DNA from: an uncultured Candidatus Saccharibacteria bacterium | Lineage (GTDB): Bacteria > Patescibacteriota > Minisyncoccia > Phycocordibacterales > XYD1-FULL-46-19 | Assembly (NCBI GenBank): GCA_964655995.1 | Contig: CAZZPK010000001.1 | Coordinates: forward strand, 15,283 to 79,282 | DNA: 64,000 nt | Direction of reading: 5' to 3' | Part shown: positions 8,028 to 15,695 of the stretch, piece after piece | How the letters are laid out: every line of letters starts with the position of its first letter | Numbering within the stretch: the stretch's first letter is position 1 | The notes under the pieces: model-generated | The model's input: the letters and a program-made list of their open reading frames with translations, nothing else | Databases searched by the model: none | Told to the model about the DNA's origin: nothing | Position numbers and translations under genes: made by a program

Positions 8028-9905
8028 ATGGAGCATGATATAAAACAATTCAATTTTCTTTTTTTTGTTGCTGTAGTCAGCTTACTTGTCTCTGGATTAT
8101 TTTTGTTCCAAACAGCCAACAATGTTATTGCCGATATTGATGAACTTTCTTTGTTAGTTGCCGCATCAGGCAAGGGCGGTGGAGGAGGCAAGGGTAAGCC
8201 AATTAAGGGAGATACTGGCACAACTACAACCACTGCCACCACTACGGGCGGAACAATACCGGCTGAGCCGTTAGCTACCTCAACTACTCAAATTATACCG
8301 ACTTGGTCTGATGCTTTAAATCATTTGACCAGTCCTGGTGCCGGCTGGACCGCGTTTAATTTACCCTCAAATAACAAAATTGTTTACGTTAGTCAAACTG
8401 AAGGCAATGACGGTTGTAATGGTTCAAGCCCAGCTCCTTTCAGCTCCACCAACACACTTAATTGTCCTAAAAAGACAATTGCCGCTACGGTAAATTTACT
8501 TACCCCCGGAGCACCAGGTTGGGTTTTGTTTAAAAAAGGAGACAGTTGGGGAGCGGAGAGTTTGGGTGCCGGCACTTTTACCTCCGGCACAGCGAGCGAG
8601 CCGCGAGTGGTCTCAAGTTATGGCTCAAGCGGCGCTCGGCCGGTAATCAAGTCGCTTAACTTGGGTACCGGTGTCCGCGACCATGTGGCCATCGCGGGGC
8701 TTAACTTTTTGGAGAATGTCCGCTGGGTCGGTGGCGGCACTAATCTCTTGTTTGAGGATTTGTTTATTCATAAAGGCTTGGTGATCGATGAGACGACGGC
8801 CGGACCGATCAGTAATGTTAAAATCAGACGCAATCTGATCGTCGACAACTTTGCCTCGAGCGGCAATACTCATGACGGCATTTTTATTGAGGGAGTGGAT
8901 GGGGTGGTGATTGAGGAAAATATTTTGGACCGCAACGGCTATGACACTGCCGATTTTAGGATTGTGCAAAGCGACACTGTGATCCCCTATAACCTCTACA
9001 TCCAAAATACCAATCGCAACGTGGTGGTGCGCGGCAATATCTCGATGCGCAGCGCTTCAAGTGGTGTGCAAATGCGCGCCGGCGGCCTCCTAGAAGATAA
9101 TTTGTTTATTGACAATGGTATCGGGATTACGATGGGTGCCACCGACTCCAATGTCAATAAAATCGCTAACAACGTGGTATTGTCCGGCAAAGATATTTTG
9201 ATCGCCGATGGCGCCACGCGCCTGTGCCGGGCTTGGGGCATCGGAGTGGACGAGGCCTACGGCAATCCGGTGGAAATCAGCGGCAATCTGATTGCCCATA
9301 GTAAAAGCGCGTGGCGTCCGGGCGATACCATAGCCTGCCCGGCGGTATCGTCGCAGGGCCGGCCGCAGGGGATCTTTTTCTCGCCGACATCGCGCAATAT
9401 CTTGGTCCAAAACAATACGGTTTATCGCTGGGAGACACCACTCTTATTAAGCACCAGCGGGCCGGGGCCAACCGCCAGCGATGCTATCACTATCGCCAAT
9501 AACGCTTTTGTGTATAACAAGGGCATTGCCGATATCCCGCTGGTTAGGATCAGGACGGTGGGCGCCTATGACGTGGATAACGCTTTTAATTTTAGCGGCA
9601 ATCATTATTACGACAGCTCGCAGCCGCTCGGCAAATGGTTTAACCTCTCGTTTGAGAGCTTAAGCACGCCGGCGGTGGATACGGTGGCCAAATGGTCGCA
9701 AGTGACGGGGGAGGCCGATCTTAGCGTCGTTAATCCGCCATTTGCCTCGCCCCAGACGATTGAGCAATATGCTCAGGCGATCGGCGCCGGCTCGACCATT
9801 GATGACTTTGCAAGGGAACTGCGCCAGCAATCCAAAGATTATTGGCGCGAGGCGTATACCGCCGGCGCAATCAACAATTACTTCCGCGCTGCGTTCCGTC
9901 GCTAA
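8028..9905 (+). CDS. Paralogous secreted right-handed beta-helix protein (N-terminal TM, Gly/Lys and Thr-rich linker, beta-helix domain)
   Basis: Colinear with the beta-helix part of 4757..8023 (HLTSPGAGWTAFNLPSNNKIVYVS...NCPKKTIA... versus HLTNPGSGWTSFSLPSNGKIIYVS...NCPKPTIA...). Shares the C-terminal motif IEQYAQAIGAGST..DFA.E.R.Q.K..WR.AYTA...NNYFR.AFR. Confidence 0.7.
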   Translation: MEHDIKQFNFLFFVAVVSLLVSGLFLFQTANNVIADIDELSLLVAASGKGGGGGKGKPIKGDTGTTTTTATTTGGTIPAEPLATSTTQIIPTWSDALNHLTSPGAGWTAFNLPSNNKIVYVSQTEGNDGCNGSSPAPFSSTNTLNCPKKTIAATVNLLTPGAPGWVLFKKGDSWGAESLGAGTFTSGTASEPRVVSSYGSSGARPVIKSLNLGTGVRDHVAIAGLNFLENVRWVGGGTNLLFEDLFIHKGLVIDETTAGPISNVKIRRNLIVDNFASSGNTHDGIFIEGVDGVVIEENILDRNGYDTADFRIVQSDTVIPYNLYIQNTNRNVVVRGNISMRSASSGVQMRAGGLLEDNLFIDNGIGITMGATDSNVNKIANNVVLSGKDILIADGATRLCRAWGIGVDEAYGNPVEISGNLIAHSKSAWRPGDTIACPAVSSQGRPQGIFFSPTSRNILVQNNTVYRWETPLLLSTSGPGPTASDAITIANNAFVYNKGIADIPLVRIRTVGAYDVDNAFNFSGNHYYDSSQPLGKWFNLSFESLSTPAVDTVAKWSQVTGEADLSVVNPPFASPQTIEQYAQAIGAGSTIDDFARELRQQSKDYWREAYTAGAINNYFRAAFRR

Positions 9906-9911
9906 AAATAA

Positions 9912-9930
9912 GCCCCTCCGGAGGAGGGGC
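9912..9930. terminator. Bidirectional GC hairpin GCCCCTCC-gga-GGAGGGGC between convergent genes
   Basis: Perfect 8-bp stem immediately after the stop of 8028..9905 and just downstream of the convergent minus-strand gene. Confidence 0.5.
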
Positions 9931-9952
9931 AGATTAACCAATCAGATGGTTA

Positions 9953-10405
9953 TTAGATAGCTAATTGCTTTTGAGTGAACCAGCGGTCGTTGGGGAAGGC
10001 TGCGGCCAAATGGTCTTTGGTGGTCGCCGGTCCCAAGCGACAAATAGTTCTAATGAACTCCATTAGGGACATATTATAGTTCTTTTTGATATGTCCGTCG
10101 GCACCATCGTCCAGATCCGGCTCCTTGGACCAATTGACCAGGATGAGTCTGGCTTGATCGGGCACCACTGTACGCGCGGTGGTGATCAGATTGAATGGTG
10201 CACCGCTCGTCGTGACGCATTGTTGGGGGTCAAAAAAGATAATACCACTTTTTTGCTCACAGAGCCTTTTGGTCAGCAGCTCTGTTTGGTTGACGGCCAA
10301 AACCGGAAGTTCGGGGCCTTGACCCAAGGCTCTGCTCCGGTGCAACACTTGAGTAATGGCCCAACACAGGTCATCGTTTTGCAAAAACAATATCTGTTCG
10401 ATCAT
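9953..10405 (-). CDS. Stand-alone CheY-like receiver (REC) domain protein (hypothetical); start moved to the internal ATG preceded by a GAGGAGG RBS
   Basis: ILFLQNDD (acidic pair), IIFFDPQQ (phospho-acceptor Asp position), LITTA (conserved Thr) and SKEP (Lys-Pro) follow the receiver-domain pattern in the right order. Upstream on the - strand: TGCTATAGT then GAGGAGGatcgccgtATG. Confidence 0.35.
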   Translation of the reverse strand: MIEQILFLQNDDLCWAITQVLHRSRALGQGPELPVLAVNQTELLTKRLCEQKSGIIFFDPQQCVTTSGAPFNLITTARTVVPDQARLILVNWSKEPDLDDGADGHIKKNYNMSLMEFIRTICRLGPATTKDHLAAAFPNDRWFTQKQLAI

Positions 10406-10439
10406 ACGGCGATCCTCCTCAGGTGCGGTTTCTGATTTT

Positions 10440-10448
10440 ACTATAGCA
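10440..10448 (-). promoter_or_regulatory. Extended -10 (TGCTATAGT) for the REC gene
   Basis: Same motif as upstream of smpB and of the O-antigen-ligase gene. Followed by a 35-nt leader with an SD sequence. Confidence 0.35.
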
Positions 10449-10497
10449 TAAATTGCATTTGGGTATAAAAAAGAGCCCCACTCCAAGCAACCTGGTG

Positions 10498-10737
10498 TTA
10501 AATTAAGTGTCTATTACGGAAAGCGAAGCCGGAGCCGTGTTTAAGATATTTTTCGAAAGATAGAGCTTTTGTTTTACTAGGGAAAGCACAATACCAAATT
10601 AGTTTAAAAGGTTTTTTAGAAGAGGTATATTTAGCTGATCCTGAGTTGTGATCTTGTAGTCTTTGTTTTATATCTTCTGTGATACCAACGTAGTAACTCT
10701 CATCAATTTGACTTTGGATAATATAAACAAAATACAT
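10498..10737 (-). CDS. Small GIY-YIG nuclease-domain protein (YhbQ-like)
   Basis: MYFVYIIQS...YYVGIT.DIKQRLQDHN is a GIY-YIG catalytic motif. 79 aa. Strongly AT-rich compared with its neighbours. Confidence 0.75.
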   Translation of the reverse strand: MYFVYIIQSQIDESYYVGITEDIKQRLQDHNSGSAKYTSSKKPFKLIWYCAFPSKTKALSFEKYLKHGSGFAFRNRHLI

Positions 10738-10869
10738 AGATCAATTATAGCCCTACTTCGCTAAGGCTACGAAGGGCCACTGCTTCGCTTTAAACTAAAA
10801 CACCACCTATATTAAAGTGGTGTAATAGTGCTTGCACTGCGTAGCTTGAACGTAGTGAAAGCGAAGCAG

Positions 10870-11240
10870 TGGAGATGGTGGGAATCGAACCCACGTGCAA
10901 GAAGGAAAAAGAAAGAGTTCTACAAACTTAGGCGCTTTGGGTGTCTACTGTCTGGGACTAAGCGCCAAAGACAGACAGTATGAGCCAGGTAAGTTTAGGA
11001 GCAAAATGTTAGGCACCACTTGCTCCGAGTCTTAAAAATATATCACCGCTCCGGCGCGTTAAGACGCGCGGCCAAAGCCATGCCAGCTTAGGCTAAAGCG
11101 AAAGCTGGAACCGAGAAAGGAGATTTAACCAATCCGGTTTTAGAAGATGCGTTAGCATTTCTTAAGTGCCCGTTTAACGAGCTGGGCGTCTCGATTTGCT
11201 CTCTTAATTTGACGACTCCTTGTCGAAGCCAGTCATCCCC
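10870..11240 (-). ncRNA. ssrA: tmRNA (ssrA), about 371 nt; CCA not encoded
   Basis: On the - strand the 5' end reads GGGGATGACTGGCTTCGACAAGGAG. The 3' end has T-arm GTGGG-TTCGATT-CCCAC followed by CATCTCC-A. Acceptor stem GGGGATG/CATCTCC contains a G3:U70 pair. An internal tag-like ORF ends ...PAFALA-TAA (stop at + coordinates 11088-11090). Sits 3 nt downstream of smpB on the same strand. Confidence 0.85.
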
Positions 11241-11243
11241 GTA

Positions 11244-11684
11244 TTAAAAACGGTCTCTGTCAATGTCCCGGGCGGCCTCGCGCTTTTTAATCGCCTCGCG
11301 CTTGTCATGTTTTTTCTTCCCTCGCGCGACCGCAAAACCAAGCTTTAACCGCCTTCCTTTATTATACACCGCAAGAGGTATTAATGTCAAGCGTTGGCGC
11401 TCACTAGTGCCCACTAAAGTAGCAAGTTCTGATTTAGAGAGTAATAAACGCCTAGTCCTGGCTGGATCGTAATCAGTTGGCGCATTGGCCGGCTGATAGG
11501 CCGGGATGGTGGCGCCCACCAAGTAGCCCTCGCCACCGCGTACCACCACCCGTGCGCCCTCAAGCGAGCCGTGGCCCTCGCGGAGCGATTTGACCTCCAC
11601 GCCCAATAGCTCCAAGCCGGCTTCATAGCGGTCGAGGAGTTCATAGTTAAAACTGGCTTTATTATTGCGTATCAAATCGGCCAT
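11244..11684 (-). CDS. smpB: SsrA-binding protein SmpB (start at internal ATG MADLIRNN..., leaderless)
   Basis: NKASFNYELLDRYEAGLELLGVEVKSLREG...ATIPAYQ matches the SmpB family. TGCTATAAT box at 11691-11699 (- strand) sits 6 nt before the ATG, so the 32 upstream codons in the ORF track are probably not translated. Confidence 0.85.
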   Translation of the reverse strand: MADLIRNNKASFNYELLDRYEAGLELLGVEVKSLREGHGSLEGARVVVRGGEGYLVGATIPAYQPANAPTDYDPARTRRLLLSKSELATLVGTSERQRLTLIPLAVYNKGRRLKLGFAVARGKKKHDKREAIKKREAARDIDRDRF

Positions 11685-11757
11685 AAGGGGATTATAGCAA
11701 AGGATTTGACTTTTAACTTTTATTTCTCTATGATAGTGGGGCAGTTTTGCTTGCCAA

Positions 11758-12276
11758 TTGACTAAACGTACTCGCATCAATCAACAAATAACCGCCCCCG
11801 AGCTCCGGGTCATTACCGAGACGGGGGAGAATTTAGGGGTGTTGCCGGTGGGCGAGGCTTTGGCCAAGGCGGCTGACTGGGGCTTGGATCTCATTGAGAT
11901 CTCGCCTGGGGCCAAGCCCCCGGTGGCCAAGATCATGGATTTTGGCAAATATCAGTACTTGGAAAATAAAAAAGAGAAGGCCGCCAAGCTTAAGGGCCAT
12001 GCCACCGAGACCAAGACTTTGCAGGTTAAAGTCGGTACCGGCGAGCATGATCTCCAGCTTAAGGCGGCCAAGGCCGGCGAGTTTTTGGGCGAGGGTCATC
12101 GGGTTAAAATCGATCTCTTTTTGCCCGGCCGGGCCAAGTATCTGGATCAAAAGTTTTTAGTCGAGCGGTTGGAGCGCTTTTTGCGCCTGATCCCCACTGA
12201 TTACAAAGTGGCCGATCCAGCTAAAAAGAGCCCCAAGGGCTGGACTGTGGTGATTGAGCGGGCTACCGCCAAATAA
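11758..12276 (+). CDS. infC: Translation initiation factor IF-3 (TTG start)
   Basis: GVLPVGEALAKAADWGLDLIEISPGAKPPVAKIMDFGKYQY matches the IF3 N- and C-domains. Non-ATG start is typical for infC. infC-rpmI-rplT synteny. Confidence 0.9.
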   Translation: MTKRTRINQQITAPELRVITETGENLGVLPVGEALAKAADWGLDLIEISPGAKPPVAKIMDFGKYQYLENKKEKAAKLKGHATETKTLQVKVGTGEHDLQLKAAKAGEFLGEGHRVKIDLFLPGRAKYLDQKFLVERLERFLRLIPTDYKVADPAKKSPKGWTVVIERATAK

Positions 12277-12280
12277 TTTT

Positions 12281-12466
12281 ATGAAGACTAACAAATCATT
12301 TACCAAGCGCATCCGCGTTACCCGCAAAGGCAAATTGCTGGTGTCGGCGCCTGGCAAAAATCATTTCAATGCCAAGGAGTCGCGCCAGTCGCAGTTGGCC
12401 GGCAAGCGCCAGCGCGCCGTTAAAATGTCCAATGTCTTGCGCAGCCGCTTTTTAGCCAAGCAATAA
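12281..12466 (+). CDS. rpmI: 50S ribosomal protein L35 (start at MKTNKS...)
   Basis: Small basic protein between infC and rplT. The ORF-track 5' extension overlaps infC, so the internal ATG at 12281 is preferred. Confidence 0.8.
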   Translation: MKTNKSFTKRIRVTRKGKLLVSAPGKNHFNAKESRQSQLAGKRQRAVKMSNVLRSRFLAKQ

Positions 12467-12475
12467 TTTTTAAAT

Positions 12476-12820
12476 ATGTCCCGAGTTAAACGAGGTACCA
12501 TCTCCAATAAGCGCCGCCGCTCCACTCTTAAAAAGGTTAAGGGGTATCGTTTTGGCCGCAGTACCAAGGAGCGCGAGGCCAAAGTGGCCATCATCAAGGC
12601 CGGCGTCCACGCTTTTGCCCATCGCAAAGATAAAAAGAACGATTTTCGCCGCTTGTGGCAAATAAAGATTGGCGCCGCTTTGCGCGAGCACGGCCTCTCT
12701 TACAGTAAATTTATGGGCGCTTTAGGCAAAAAGGGTATTGCCCTTGATCGCAAAGTACTTGCCCACTTGGCCGAGAGGGAGCCGGCCGCTTTTGCCGCTG
12801 TCGTGGCCCAAGTAAAGTAG
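12476..12820 (+). CDS. rplT: 50S ribosomal protein L20
   Basis: MSRVKRG..RRRSTLKKVKGYRFGRS...AFAHRKDKKNDFRRLWQIKI is a canonical L20 sequence. Confidence 0.9.
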   Translation: MSRVKRGTISNKRRRSTLKKVKGYRFGRSTKEREAKVAIIKAGVHAFAHRKDKKNDFRRLWQIKIGAALREHGLSYSKFMGALGKKGIALDRKVLAHLAEREPAAFAAVVAQVK

Positions 12821-12857
12821 CCCCGCGGTCGCCAGACCTGCTATACTGGGGAGAGTC

Positions 12858-13490
12858 ATGAGGACTCTCCCTTTGTTGTCTTTGATATTGCTGTTGATAC
12901 TGGTGGCGGTTAACGGGTTTTTTGCCTATCAGTTGTTTTTAAAAGATAAATTGGCTGAGCGCGCTCTTTACTCGCCGGAGGCCTATCTTGGCCGCGGTCT
13001 GCAGGTGATTTTTGAGCCCAAGGGTAAAACTACACCCCTGCCGCCGCCTCTGCCACGGCCGGTCAAGCCGGCCGGGCCGGAGGTGGCTAAGGCTACTGAG
13101 GCAAGCTTTACCACCAAGGCCACAACTACTCCGCCGGCTGGTGCCACCCCAGCACCGGCTCAAGCTCCGGCTCCGGTGCCCAAACCGCCTTCCGCTGTAG
13201 CAGTGATTAAGCAGGCGCTTGGCGATTTGCGCGTGGCGGCCAATCAATTTTACATTGCTACCGGCAGCTATGGGTCCGTTTGCGCCGGCGGCCTAATCAA
13301 CGATGGCGCCAATGATGATTTGGCGCGAGTGGTCGGGACGATTTTGGCGAGCCGCGGCCTCTCGAGCCAGTTTGAGGCGGGGGTGAGCTGCCAGACAGCG
13401 CCCGGGAGCTATCAGGTTTCCGTCTCATTGCCTGACGGCAGCGCTTGGTGCGTATCCAATACGCAAGCCGGCTATGTCTGCGCCCCCTAG
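12858..13490 (+). CDS. Membrane-anchored Pro/Ala/Thr-rich protein with a Cys-containing C-terminal domain (hypothetical; pilin-like C-terminus?)
   Basis: N-terminal TM MRTLPLLSLILLLILVAVNGFFAY, then a PPLPRPVKPAGPEV... linker, then a C-terminal globular region with 4 Cys. Confidence 0.4.
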   Translation: MRTLPLLSLILLLILVAVNGFFAYQLFLKDKLAERALYSPEAYLGRGLQVIFEPKGKTTPLPPPLPRPVKPAGPEVAKATEASFTTKATTTPPAGATPAPAQAPAPVPKPPSAVAVIKQALGDLRVAANQFYIATGSYGSVCAGGLINDGANDDLARVVGTILASRGLSSQFEAGVSCQTAPGSYQVSVSLPDGSAWCVSNTQAGYVCAP

Positions 13491-13509
13491 TCAGCCAGCC
13501 GGATTTGAG

Positions 13510-13515
13510 TATAAT
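13510..13515 (+). promoter_or_regulatory. -10 box TATAAT 11 nt upstream of the ftsH ATG (no SD)
   Basis: Sequence gagTATAATggcaatactttATG. Confidence 0.3.
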
Positions 13516-13526
13516 GGCAATACTTT

Positions 13527-15473
13527 ATGGCCCGTAAAAAGAGTTTAATCGGTGGCAAAACGCCCTTGCCCGGCGGCCGTTGGGGCAGTTTGGCCAATCA
13601 GCTCTCAACGGTGCTGGTGGTACTTTTGCTTTTGGTGGGCGTGTACTCGCTGGTGAGCGATCTTAATCGGCCCTCGCCGCCGATTGCCCTCTCGGAGCTG
13701 GTCCGGCAAATCAAAGCCGGCGAGATTAAAAAAATCGTCGTCGAGGGCAATGATTTGACGGTAACAACCATCAAAGACGAGACGGTTAAGGCGGTTAAAG
13801 AGCCGGAGACCGGTTTGACCGATACTTTAAACAAACTGGGTCTAACTGCCAAAGAGCTTGAGCCGGTGGCTATCGAGATCTCCAAGGGCTCAAGCGTCTC
13901 TTTTTGGCTCCTGACGATTTTGCCGTTTTTGCTACCGATGATTTTTATCCTGGTGCTGTTTTGGTTTGTCTCGCGGCAAGTCAAAGGCGCCTCGATGCAG
14001 GCTTTTACCTTTGGCCAGTCCAAGGCGCGGCTGGTGGATCCCAACGATGCCGGCCAGCGCGTCACCTTTAAAGATGTGGCCGGTGTCCACGAGGCCAAAG
14101 AGGAGCTCTTGGAAATTGTCGACTTTCTTAAAAATCCGAAAAAGTTTATCGACATTGGCGCCCGTATCCCTAAAGGCGTGCTCTTGATCGGCGGGCCCGG
14201 CACCGGCAAAACTTTACTGGCGCGCGCGGTGGCCGGGGAGGCGGGGGTACCCTTTATGTATCTCTCGGGCTCGGAGTTTGTGGAGATGTTTGTGGGCGTC
14301 GGCGCCTCGCGGGTGCGCGACCTGTTTAAAATGGCCAAGCGCGTAGCGCCCTCAATTATTTTTATCGATGAGATCGATGCCATTGGCCGGCATCGCGGCA
14401 GCGGCATGGGCGGCGGCAATGACGAGCGCGAGCAGACTTTAAACCAAATTTTGGTCGAGATGGACGGCTTTGAACCCAATGAGAAGCTGATTGTGATGGC
14501 GGCCACCAATCGGCCGGACGTACTTGATCCGGCCTTGCTCCGCCCGGGCCGCTTTGATCGGCGCGTGACGCTTGATCGGCCGGATATCCGCGACCGCGAG
14601 GAGATTTTAACCTTACATGCCACTAAAAAGCCTTTGGCCGAGGACGTTAATTTGCGGACTATTGCCGAGCGGACCCCCGGCTTTTCGGGCGCGGATCTTG
14701 CCAACTTGATGAACGAGGCCGCCATTTTGGCGGCGCGCGAGGAGCGCAAAAAGGTGAGCCAATACGACTTGATCCGGAGCGTGGAGAAGGTGATGTTGGG
14801 CCCCGAGCGCAAAAGCCATATTCTCTCCGCCCGCGAGAAAAAGATTACCGCTTACCACGAGATGGGACATGCTTTGGTGGCCTCGGTGTTGCCTCACGCC
14901 GATCCGGTGCACAAAGTCTCGATTATCTCGCGCGGCTATGCTGCCGGCTATACCCTCAAATTGCCGTTTGAGGACAAAAAACTGCAGTCGCGCAACGAGT
15001 TTTTGGATGATATTGCCATGGCCTTGGGCGGCTACGCCGCCGAGCAAATTGTCTTTGGCGACATTACCACCGGTGCCTCCAATGATTTGCAGGTCTCTAC
15101 CGCTTTGGCCCGCGATATGGTGGCCAAATATGGCATGAGCGAAAAACTGGGCCCCATCGCTCTCGAGCTCTCGCCCTCGCGGCTGGCCGCAAGCGGTATT
15201 GTCATTGACCGCCACACCAGCGAGGCGGTGGCGGCCCAAATCGACGCCGAGGTGGCTAAGATTATGAACGAGGCCCTCACTCGGGCTAAAAAGGTGCTGA
15301 CCGACAAGCGGGCGGCCTTGGATGACATGTCGCTACAGCTGGTTAAGGTGGAGTCTATTGAACGGGAAGAGTTTGAGCAAATGTTGCGCCTACACGGAAT
15401 CAAGCCTAAAGTTAAAGAGGAGAGCAAGGAGGAGTTGGTATTAATGCCGGACAGCGACATACCGGCGGAGTAA
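13527..15473 (+). CDS. ftsH: ATP-dependent zinc metalloprotease FtsH
   Basis: Two N-terminal TM segments. Walker [26 protein letters not shown] region. HEMGHAL zinc-binding motif. Confidence 0.9.
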   Translation: MARKKSLIGGKTPLPGGRWGSLANQLSTVLVVLLLLVGVYSLVSDLNRPSPPIALSELVRQIKAGEIKKIVVEGNDLTVTTIKDETVKAVKEPETGLTDTLNKLGLTAKELEPVAIEISKGSSVSFWLLTILPFLLPMIFILVLFWFVSRQVKGASMQAFTFGQSKARLVDPNDAGQRVTFKDVAGVHEAKEELLEIVDFLKNPKKFIDIGARIPKGVLLIGGPGTGKTLLARAVAGEAGVPFMYLSGSEFVEMFVGVGASRVRDLFKMAKRVAPSIIFIDEIDAIGRHRGSGMGGGNDEREQTLNQILVEMDGFEPNEKLIVMAATNRPDVLDPALLRPGRFDRRVTLDRPDIRDREEILTLHATKKPLAEDVNLRTIAERTPGFSGADLANLMNEAAILAAREERKKVSQYDLIRSVEKVMLGPERKSHILSAREKKITAYHEMGHALVASVLPHADPVHKVSIISRGYAAGYTLKLPFEDKKLQSRNEFLDDIAMALGGYAAEQIVFGDITTGASNDLQVSTALARDMVAKYGMSEKLGPIALELSPSRLAASGIVIDRHTSEAVAAQIDAEVAKIMNEALTRAKKVLTDKRAALDDMSLQLVKVESIEREEFEQMLRLHGIKPKVKEESKEELVLMPDSDIPAE

Positions 15474-15481
15474 TCCTGTAA

Positions 15482-15553
15482 AGCATCCGTAGCTCAACGG
15501 TAGAGCAGTCGTCTTATACACGACCGGTTCTAGGTTCGAATCCTAGCGGATGC
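15482..15553 (+). tRNA. tRNA with anticodon UAU (tRNA-Ile2-like, AUA-decoding); 72 nt, CCA not encoded
   Basis: Cloverleaf: acceptor GCATCCG/CGGATGC, discriminator A; D-arm GCTC-AACGGTA-GAGC; anticodon arm GTCGT-CTTATAC-ACGAC (U33, anticodon TAT, A37); 5-nt variable loop; T-arm CTAGG-TTCGAAT-CCTAG. Confidence 0.7.
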
Positions 15554-15565
15554 ACTGGTTCGAGT

Positions 15566-15599
15566 CCCCGCCCGAAACGTACCGTTTCGGTACGGGCGG
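15566..15599 (+). other. GC-rich bipartite hairpin directly 3' of the tRNA (CCCGCCC-gaaac-GTACCG-ttt-CGGTAC-GGGCGGG)
   Basis: 7-bp outer and 6-bp inner stems. No U-tract. Possible processing or termination structure. Confidence 0.4.
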
Positions 15600-15695
15600 G
15601 CAAGCACGCATGTGGATAATCAAATAGCGGGTTTTATCGCCCCTATGTCATACTGATAGGCAGTTTTGCCCTTATCTTATTTATTAAGTTAACTT

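Noticed and set aside
8024-8242. Minus-strand 72-aa ORF overlapping the start of 8028..9905
   Set aside because: Antisense to the N-terminus of a well-supported gene. Poly-Val/Pro composition arises from the sense-strand G/K codons.
9953-10486. Full 177-aa ORF-track reading of the minus-strand gene starting MEWGSFLY
   Set aside because: A promoter-like TGCTATAGT and a GAGGAGG ribosome-binding site lie inside that 5' extension, directly ahead of an internal ATG (MIEQILFL...). The shorter 151-aa product is more plausible.
10741-10870. Integrase/attachment-site signature for a mobile element at the tmRNA 3' end
   Set aside because: No integrase, no excisionase and no direct repeat of the ssrA 3' terminus were found. 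Only compositional oddity of the GIY-YIG gene supports past insertion.
13598-14812. Long minus-strand ORFs opposite ftsH (404 aa), and similar antisense ORFs (14613..15239, 56990..57301, 58070..58345, 62236..62719)
   Set aside because: They lie antisense to strongly supported genes, are low-complexity (Ser/Arg/Pro-rich), and duplicate only because the sense-strand repeats duplicate. They are shadow ORFs.
15554-15600. Second tRNA suggested by the T-loop-like GGTTCGAGTCC
   Set aside because: No T-stem, anticodon arm or acceptor stem can be formed around it. The region is better explained as a GC hairpin.
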